IMG/VR virus record: IMGVR_UViG_3300021142_000023
Coordinates: 12,453-76,452 of that record
Origin: a virus
Strand: one strand, 5' to 3'
DNA length: 64,000 nucleotides
The position numbers were made by a program, and so were the translations under genes. The notes beneath the pieces were generated by a model. It saw only the letters and a program-made list of their open reading frames with translations, had not been told where the DNA came from and ran no database searches. Positions 58,751 to 64,000 of this stretch are shown here, in pieces. The first letter of the stretch is position 1, and the number at the start of each line of letters is the position of its first letter.

Positions 58751-58990
58751 TTAAATTGTATTTTTATACCAATCATCTTTCTTTATCTTCTTAAAGTTCT
58801 TTACAAATTCATTTATATCATATCCACAATCATTATCACCCATCCAGCCTATAAACTCTTCATATTGTTCTTCCGACAACCACAATACCATTTGTGTTAG
58901 AAAGTTATCAATCATCCATTCATTTGTGGATACTTCCTTAAGACACTTAATGGTCTTAAGTCTATGCTTTACCTGTTTATTAAGTTTCAT
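58751..58990 (-). CDS. Hypothetical early protein
   Basis: ORF with its own promoter, ATG 6 nt after the -10 box. Confidence 0.65.
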   Translation of the reverse strand: MKLNKQVKHRLKTIKCLKEVSTNEWMIDNFLTQMVLWLSEEQYEEFIGWMGDNDCGYDINEFVKNFKKIKKDDWYKNTI

Positions 58991-59030
58991 ACCAATAGTA
59001 TGAGTACTTAAATGATATATGGCAACTGTA

Positions 59031-59339
59031 TTAGCCCTCAGAAGAACCTCTAGAATACTCTGCTAAGTTACCATAAAAATCGCCTATGTACGCTTCATAT
59101 TTTGAGACGTTTAATTGATTCTTATTGCGTACTTGTGCATATAGCTTTTGAAAGTTTGGATCATTTGACAGGGCCTCAATTGCTTTAAAGATGTCATTGA
59201 TCTTACTTGCATAGGCCTGTACAGAGGCGCCAGCAGCTGGAGCAGGTGCTGGTGCACGTGCTGGAGCTTCACTCATAGCAGGTGTAATATTCATGGTTTC
59301 AAGTAACTGAACAAGTTTGTTAAAGCTTTTATCACGCAT
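59031..59339 (-). CDS. Hypothetical protein, probable internal head protein
   Basis: MRDKSFNKLVQLLE, 7 nt after TAAGTA; PAPA linker. Confidence 0.6.
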   Translation of the reverse strand: MRDKSFNKLVQLLETMNITPAMSEAPARAPAPAPAAGASVQAYASKINDIFKAIEALSNDPNFQKLYAQVRNKNQLNVSKYEAYIGDFYGNLAEYSRGSSEG

Positions 59340-59374
59340 AATGTAATACTTATTCAATCCCGTTACATTTTCTA

Positions 59375-59593
59375 TCAGTTCTTTCCAGTTAATTTGAGCT
59401 GGATGTGTTCCATGAGCTCTCTCAATATCAGCTCATAGCTCTGCTTGTGACCTGTAACATACGCTTGTCTGGCTTGAATGAGTAACACTTGCTGTTCAAT
59501 TGTATTCACAAGTGTAACAGGTACATTGTGGTTGGTAATGCTTGATAGCTGGTCATGAAGGTGCATCAAGCTTTCGTCAAATCTATTGATCAT
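59375..59593 (-). CDS. Hypothetical protein
   Basis: ORF track. Confidence 0.55.
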   Translation of the reverse strand: MINRFDESLMHLHDQLSSITNHNVPVTLVNTIEQQVLLIQARQAYVTGHKQSYELILRELMEHIQLKLTGKN

Positions 59594-59594
59594 A

Positions 59595-59849
59595 TTAGTA
59601 ATGGTCTTTATGTCTTACATCATTTACATCATCTGAAGTGCAATCATATGTGGATGTATTTTCATATGATATGGTTACAGGATTACCTTCTTCAATACTG
59701 GTAATGTGATTGACTTGCTGAATGACAGCATCAATCAAGCCATCAGCTTCTATGATTTCATTAGCCAGGTCATATGACTCAGCTGTGCAATATACTGTAT
59801 CACTTGCTGTAAAGATAATGTATGTTTGTTTTAAGTCTCTCATTTTCAT
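59595..59849 (-). CDS. Hypothetical early protein
   Basis: ORF; ATG 6 nt after CATAAT. Confidence 0.6.
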   Translation of the reverse strand: MKMRDLKQTYIIFTASDTVYCTAESYDLANEIIEADGLIDAVIQQVNHITSIEEGNPVTISYENTSTYDCTSDDVNDVRHKDHY

Positions 59850-59897
59850 AATACTATTATGGTAACTTAATTGATTAAGTGCAACTATAATGTTCTC

Positions 59898-59965
59898 TCC
59901 TGGAATATTTCTTCTCCTGGAATATTTCTTCTCCTGGAATGAAAATTATCCTGGAATGAAAATTA
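59898..59965. repeat. 4 x 17-bp tandem repeat, each unit containing CCTGG
   Basis: tcctggaatatttcttc x2, then tcctggaatgaaaatta x2. Confidence 0.9.
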
Positions 59966-60175
59966 TACTGTCACACAACATTCTACTTCATCTCTCACCT
60001 CAATACAATTCCACTTTTGTACTACACAATCACCTTCAATAATTGGGTGGTCAACTAAATAGCCTGTCTGGCCTTCTTTCCTTACCTCCATTACAGTCCC
60101 TACCTTCAAGTCAATCCAGGTTGGGAATTCAGCTGCCAGGAATGTATTAGTTGGTTTGGTTATCATTATTTTCAT
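59963..60175 (-). CDS. Hypothetical early protein
   Basis: ORF; ATG 6 nt after CATTAT. Confidence 0.6.
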   Translation of the reverse strand: MKIMITKPTNTFLAAEFPTWIDLKVGTVMEVRKEGQTGYLVDHPIIEGDCVVQKWNCIEVRDEVECCVTV

Positions 60176-60213
60176 AAGACAATAATGGTAACTTATTGTG
60201 TCAAGTGCAAGCC

Positions 60214-60387
60214 TTAAGTTATCTTAGTATCTTCACCCACATATGTTAAGTGCTCATACATTACACTTGTATACACCTTATTGAGTGTTTGGACATCATA
60301 CAGAATGGTGCCATCCTGTAGTTCGAGTATCTCTATCACTTGTCCTACTTTGTTATTGTATTTGACTAGATCGCCTATTAGGTACAT
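60214..60387 (-). CDS. Hypothetical early protein (57 aa)
   Basis: Manual translation MYLIGDLVKYNNKVGQVIEILELQDGTILYDVQTLNKVYTSVMYEHLTYVGEDTKIT; own promoter. Confidence 0.55.
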   Translation of the reverse strand: MYLIGDLVKYNNKVGQVIEILELQDGTILYDVQTLNKVYTSVMYEHLTYVGEDTKIT

Positions 60388-60426
60388 ACATATGAGTATG
60401 TAACTTATCAGGTATAGTGCAACTAC

Positions 60427-61299
60427 TTAAATGTTATGTAACAGTATTTCTACAGCATCCTTAGCAGTATGAGTACCATTATCCTGTTTCTTTCTTCTAC
60501 CAGCTGTATATGTTACCTCGTACTTGTGTAACTGTAGCTTACCTTGGTTGTCTGTATAGAAAGTGTCTCCGGTATCTCTACCACAAAACATCACTTTATG
60601 TTTGGTAGAAACATTTGAACAATACTTCATTAGTTCCACTTGCTTGTCATCTCCAAACACTTGCCCGTAGGCTGTAAAGCTATCCCTATAGGGTGGATCC
60701 ATAAAGTAAAAGGCTGTACCTTCTACCTTATCAACACATCCCTTCCAATCACCACAATAAATGTCTACCTTTTGTAAGAGTTTGTTCCACTCATACACAT
60801 TCTCTTTATCATATACAAAGAATGTTTCGTTCAATAGTCCGCAAGGTGTGGCAAACCTACCTTTACTCTCTTTCGTGGCCTGCCATATCCCGTTAAATGA
60901 GGTACGCATCAGGAAGTACAAGTGAGCTGCCTCCACCACCTTATTCCACTTGGAGTAATCAGTCCCATACTCTTTACGTATCTTGTAATAGTACTCCTTA
61001 CGTCCCTCTTTGGATAAAGGGATGTACTCTTGTTGTAACCCGTCTAATGTCTTTAAAAATGTCTTAACATCTGTCTTGATAGAGGTGTACAAGTTAACAA
61101 TCTCTTCATTAATATCATTTAATATGAACTTCTTTACATCTGGATTGTTCTCATACACATACAACATCATAGCACCACCACCGAAGAACGGCTCTACATA
61201 TGTATCATACCCACTTAGTGGTATGGTAGGTGTTTCCAGGTACTTGGGGATCATCTTGTTCTTACCCCCAGCCCATTTGTATAGTGGCTTAATTTTCAT
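60427..61299 (-). CDS. dam: DNA adenine methyltransferase, Dam/D12 family
   Basis: KWAGGK, YVEPFFGGGA, LNDIN, FNG, DPPY. Confidence 0.9.
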   Translation of the reverse strand: MKIKPLYKWAGGKNKMIPKYLETPTIPLSGYDTYVEPFFGGGAMMLYVYENNPDVKKFILNDINEEIVNLYTSIKTDVKTFLKTLDGLQQEYIPLSKEGRKEYYYKIRKEYGTDYSKWNKVVEAAHLYFLMRTSFNGIWQATKESKGRFATPCGLLNETFFVYDKENVYEWNKLLQKVDIYCGDWKGCVDKVEGTAFYFMDPPYRDSFTAYGQVFGDDKQVELMKYCSNVSTKHKVMFCGRDTGDTFYTDNQGKLQLHKYEVTYTAGRRKKQDNGTHTAKDAVEILLHNI

Positions 61300-61340
61300 T
61301 CACTACATTATAACATACCTATTGGGTAAGTCAAGCTCTT

Positions 61341-61463
61341 TCAATCGTAGAAACCATTTTCCCTCAACCACTTGATGGTTCTGGAATGATCCCATAACAG
61401 GTACAGAATACCTAGTAATGGTACTACCAAGATACCTAATACAACCAGGATTATCTTAATCAT
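61341..61463 (-). CDS. Small membrane protein (40 aa)
   Basis: Manual translation MIKIILVVLGILVVPLLGILYLLWDHSRTIKWLRENGFYD; ATGA overlap with the upstream gene. Confidence 0.5.
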   Translation of the reverse strand: MIKIILVVLGILVVPLLGILYLLWDHSRTIKWLRENGFYD

Positions 61464-61645
61464 TTCTTGTTCTTTACAAATTGATCATACAGGCTCTTGG
61501 TAGCTGGAGTGGCTTGACCAACCGCAACACTTCCTGGAGGTGTATTGTTGGTAGGGGTGCCCTTGGCTATGTTATAGATCTCCCATACCTTCCAGTTAAG
61601 ACTCTCCAGTTCTTTAATGATCTTTTCGGCTTGTTGTTCTGTCAT
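61460..61645 (-). CDS. Hypothetical protein
   Basis: ORF track, overlapping start/stop. Confidence 0.55.
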   Translation of the reverse strand: MTEQQAEKIIKELESLNWKVWEIYNIAKGTPTNNTPPGSVAVGQATPATKSLYDQFVKNKK

Positions 61646-61881
61646 TTTATTTTCCTTTTCTTTGGTACTCTCACCTCATCATTTATTTGTGTAAACTGGT
61701 CTTCTTGTAACAACTCCACTTGCCCGGTTGTATCGCTTATGTACTTGTTGTAAAGGGTGCTGGTGAGCTTGAGAGCTATATCAGCAATATCCTCCCGATC
61801 TTTGGTTGAGTTGGTAGGCCACTTATCCACTAAAGCAGCTGCCACAGATACAAAGATCTTATGTTTGAGTTTGTTGTTCAT
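61642..61881 (-). CDS. Hypothetical protein
   Basis: ORF track. Confidence 0.55.
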   Translation of the reverse strand: MNNKLKHKIFVSVAAALVDKWPTNSTKDREDIADIALKLTSTLYNKYISDTTGQVELLQEDQFTQINDEVRVPKKRKIK

Positions 61882-62488
61882 TTAAATATATTACCTCTTT
61901 ATCTGGTAACTGCAACTCTTCTTTTGGAAGATATGGTTTAATGTCTTCAAATGTGATGGTTAAGCCTAGATGCTGTTTAAAGATATTGAATAGCTCCTCG
62001 TCATTAAATGCTGGAGCATAATGGAAGGTGGTATTGTCTGGATATATGTTACCCATGGTAGTACCTAAGTTATTGAGTACTTTGCCCTCTTGAGCACCTG
62101 GTCCAGTCATAAATGTTACATACTTGTTTGTAGTACCCTTCAATAGTAGCTCGTAGCATATGCTAAAGTTCTTGCTCCATCTTTCGTGGGCATTACCAAA
62201 CACATCCTGGTGCTTAGCTTCAAAGATAGCTAGGATCTTTCTAGTACCATCTGGTTGTTTGGTGAACCACATACCACCATCTGGCTTCACACCCAACCCA
62301 ACCAGTTTACCATTAAACTCCGGTAAGGGTCTCTTTACAGATGATCCACTTACATATGTGAGTGTGGTGTTACCGGTCACCTTTAAATGAGTCCTAATGG
62401 CTTCAGCCATATACTTAACGCTATCATCTAGCTTAGTTGATTCTATGCTAGCTGCTGTTGTGCCTGGTTGTATACCTCTAGTACTCAT
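61859..62488 (-). CDS. EcoRI/MunI-like type II restriction endonuclease
   Basis: KPDGG...IFEAKHQ...GNAHERWSKN (EcoRI: KPDGG...AEAKHQ...GNAIERSHKN; MunI: GNAHER). Confidence 0.75.
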   Translation of the reverse strand: MSTRGIQPGTTAASIESTKLDDSVKYMAEAIRTHLKVTGNTTLTYVSGSSVKRPLPEFNGKLVGLGVKPDGGMWFTKQPDGTRKILAIFEAKHQDVFGNAHERWSKNFSICYELLLKGTTNKYVTFMTGPGAQEGKVLNNLGTTMGNIYPDNTTFHYAPAFNDEELFNIFKQHLGLTITFEDIKPYLPKEELQLPDKEVIYLNEQQTQT

Positions 62489-62532
62489 TTGTATAGATAC
62501 TATTATCGTATCTTTTCGAGTAAAATCAACAT

Positions 62533-62573
62533 AAAAAGAGCGGTAGGGTGAAAATAAAAAAGCCCTACCGCTC
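62533..62573 (-). terminator. Terminator hairpin downstream of the AP2-like gene
   Basis: 11-bp stem gagcggtaggg/ccctaccgctc with an A5 tract at 62533-62537 (U-tract on the minus strand). Confidence 0.7.
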
Positions 62574-62617
62574 TCGTGTTGATATATTATGAATAACCCC
62601 CTTGTGGGGGAAATGGA

Positions 62618-62875
62618 TTAGTTACGGACGATACGACGACCGAAGAACTCAGTCTTTGATGGACGTCCCATACGGCGGCATGCCTTACGGAATTGAGTTG
62701 GTGAAGCATGCAAGCGTAGGTAGCGAGCGTACTCAGTAGCACGTGCAATAGCGGTCTCAAGACCACCAAACTTTGTTACTAAGAACCGGCGGGTACGGCG
62801 TACACCATCACGCATTACATTGACTTGAACACTGATAGCCTTGCGGCCTTGTTTTTGAATATATAGGTTTTTCAT
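62618..62875 (-). CDS. Small basic protein, AP2-like DNA-binding domain
   Basis: Three beta strands, then RRFLVTKFGGLETAIARATEYAR (AP2 pattern F---K(Y/F)G---A---A---R). Confidence 0.55.
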   Translation of the reverse strand: MKNLYIQKQGRKAISVQVNVMRDGVRRTRRFLVTKFGGLETAIARATEYARYLRLHASPTQFRKACRRMGRPSKTEFFGRRIVRN

Positions 62876-63042
62876 ATCTTTATGATGTTATTATTATCGT
62901 TTACTTTACTAAAAAGTCAAGCACTATTTGTTATTATCTTTGTTATTTGTTGTAAGGTTGTGTTCCTAATTGATAAGACAAGTATGGTTACTTTTACCCA
63001 AACGGTCAAGCTTTATTTTTAACACGCGTCCTTTTTTCTAAC

Positions 63043-63056
63043 ACACTACGTAGTGT
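63043..63056. repeat. 14-bp perfect palindrome
   Basis: acactacgtagtgt. Confidence 0.8.
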
Positions 63057-63305
63057 TTTTTATTTAAAAAAAGTACCTTATTATGCGAACTTTATTAATA
63101 AACGGCAAGTTTATTTTTATTAAAATATAATAAAAAATATTAAAAATATATTATTTTTTTATTGCAAAAAATAATAAAATAAATATTATATATATATAAA
63201 TTATTTAAAAAATATTATTAAAACTTTTATAAAAATATTAATAAAAAAATATATTATAAAAAATATAATATTAATAATTAATTTAAATAATAATAAAATA
63301 ATAAT

Positions 63306-63527
63306 ATGAAGAATAATAAATTAAAAATATATAAAAATAAAGATTTAGGTATTTATAAAATTAATAATTATAAGATAAATGATGAAGTATTATTAAAAAA
63401 TAATGATGTATTGAGGATTGTAGGTTTTAGAGAGGAAGATGGGGTTATGATGGTAGATGGGTATTTTAATAGTGATGATTGTGGGGGTAGTGAGGAGTTT
63501 AATAATATAGTAAGTTTATATAATTAA
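63306..63527 (+). CDS. Hypothetical early protein encoded without cytosine
   Basis: 73 aa; no C in the coding strand; protein lacks A, P, T, Q and H. Confidence 0.7.
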   Translation: MKNNKLKIYKNKDLGIYKINNYKINDEVLLKNNDVLRIVGFREEDGVMMVDGYFNSDDCGGSEEFNNIVSLYN

Positions 63528-63537
63528 TAAATTAATT

Positions 63538-63578
63538 AATTTTAGTGTTGATTTAAATAATAAAAGTAGATATATTAA
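63538..63578 (+). promoter_or_regulatory. Early promoter, copy 1 of a 41-bp exact repeat
   Basis: aattttagtgTTGATTtaaataataaaagtagaTATATTaa; 17-nt spacer; ATG 5 nt after the -10 box. Confidence 0.75.
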
Positions 63579-63581
63579 AAT

Positions 63582-63818
63582 ATGAGTAATAATAAAAGAG
63601 AAGTTAAATTAATAAATTGTAATTTATTAGATGTTAAAAATAATAAATTAATTAAAATGAAGGGTTATGTAAAAATTGTAAATTATGATAATAAAGAATA
63701 TTTTGAGGTTAATTTAAGAGATGGAGATTTTGAAAATGAGAAGTATATTTTAATAGGAAGTAATGAGAAGTTTAAGATTTTTGATAAAGATGATGATGGT
63801 GGTTATTTTGTGATTTAA
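63582..63818 (+). CDS. Hypothetical early protein encoded without cytosine
   Basis: 78 aa; no C in the coding strand; lacks A, P, T, Q and H. Confidence 0.7.
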   Translation: MSNNKREVKLINCNLLDVKNNKLIKMKGYVKIVNYDNKEYFEVNLRDGDFENEKYILIGSNEKFKIFDKDDDGGYFVI

Positions 63819-63835
63819 ATATATTAAGTAGTTTG

Positions 63836-63876
63836 AATTTTAGTGTTGATTTAAATAATAAAAGTAGATATATTAA
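63836..63876 (+). promoter_or_regulatory. Early promoter, copy 2 of the 41-bp exact repeat
   Basis: Identical to 63538-63578; ATG 6 nt after the -10 box. Confidence 0.75.
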
Positions 63877-63880
63877 TAAA

Positions 63881-64000
63881 ATGAAAAATAATAAAATAGA
63901 TAAAGAAATAGATAATTTTTATAATAATTTAAATATATTATTAAAAGATATAAAGAGTGAAGTAGATAGATGTAAAAAAATATTAGAAAATAATAATTAT
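63881..64000 (+). CDS. Hypothetical early protein encoded without cytosine (partial)
   Basis: Manual translation MKNNKIDKEIDNFYNNLNILLKDIKSEVDRCKKILENNNY..., open to the window end. Confidence 0.65.
   Translation, partial: MKNNKIDKEIDNFYNNLNILLKDIKSEVDRCKKILENNNY

Larger units (their letters stand above)
2819..59352. promoter_or_regulatory. Late promoter motif TAA(A/G)TA, more than 20 copies directly before late genes
   Basis: Plus strand: 2819, 3969, 8050, 12465, 17629, 18883, 24427, 24812, 29464, 30317, 31325, 32932, 37536, 38014, 42435. Minus strand: 5229, 9137, 11039, 27846, 39516, 42420, 51689, 52970, 56448, 59347. Corresponds to the core of the T4 gp55 promoter TATAAATA. Confidence 0.8.
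58719..63108 (-). promoter_or_regulatory. Array of ten sigma70-type early promoters on the minus strand
   Basis: TTG(C/A)NN-16/17-(C/G/T)AT(A/T)(A/C)T, usually with AAGT in the spacer, at 58719-58747, 58997-59025, 59856-59884, 60182-60210, 60395-60422, 61307-61334, 62502-62529, 62893-62920, 62981-63009, 63080-63108. Confidence 0.75.

Noticed and set aside
59898-59965. Possible CRISPR mini-array
   Set aside because: The 17-bp units are contiguous, with no unique spacers and no cas genes.
1332-62769. Many short ORFs in the track that lie antisense to or in alternative frames of clear genes (e.g. 1332, 4408, 6760, 13296, 16641, 17199, 19330, 19906, 22195, 23091, 25569, 26487, 29655, 32265, 37567, 39179, 46341, 55783, 58500, 61010, 62160, 62587)
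   Set aside because: They are shadow ORFs fully overlapping well-supported genes and have no motifs or promoters. The 19330/19906 pair merely mirrors the fibre repeat.
63043-63056. NrdR box
   Set aside because: It resembles the ends of the consensus but is 2 bp short and far from the nrd genes.
63538-63876. 41-bp repeats as CRISPR repeats or att sites
   Set aside because: They are separated by a 257-nt stretch containing a gene and have promoter architecture; no integrase is present in the window.
63225-64000. Foreign low-GC contaminant, or simple AT richness, as the explanation of the C-less tract
   Set aside because: About 120 G versus 0 C is not symmetric AT bias, the ORFs stay open, and the promoters share the AAGT-spacer class of the adjacent phage promoters. 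An artefact cannot be fully excluded without reads.
1-64000. Stop-codon reassignment
   Set aside because: Core genes translate full length in the standard code, and TAA, TAG and TGA all serve as stops.

Overview
A 64-kb segment of a large, AT-rich T4-like myophage genome. It has no host chromosomal genes, and I could not recognise any rRNA, tRNA or CRISPR array. It carries the T4 core in a shuffled order: gp47, gp55, uvsW, uvsY, gp4, gp61, gp62, a GroES-like co-chaperonin, gp15, gp20, gp13, gp21-22-23, gp16, gp44, gp25 and gp6. Auxiliary genes include phoH, nrdB/nrdA, dUTPase, Hsp20 and a DinG-like helicase. There is a 7-deazaguanine biosynthesis set (queD, queE, queC, a stand-alone class-II glutamine amidotransferase, a nucleotide kinase and a DUF366-like protein; no folE or dpdA in the window), about six glycosyltransferases, several fibre genes, and many probable head-packaged proteins. 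An early region (58.3-64 kb) holds short genes behind sigma70-type promoters, including a Dam-family methylase and an EcoRI/MunI-like nuclease. The most striking signal is at the right end: from 63225 to 64000 the coding strand has no cytosine at all (about 120 G, 0 C), yet it encodes three promoter-driven ORFs. Their template strand is therefore G-free, in a phage that appears to make modified guanine. Late (TAARTA) and early promoters mostly sit 5-10 nt before start codons, implying largely leaderless mRNAs. All family assignments come from motif recognition, not database searches.
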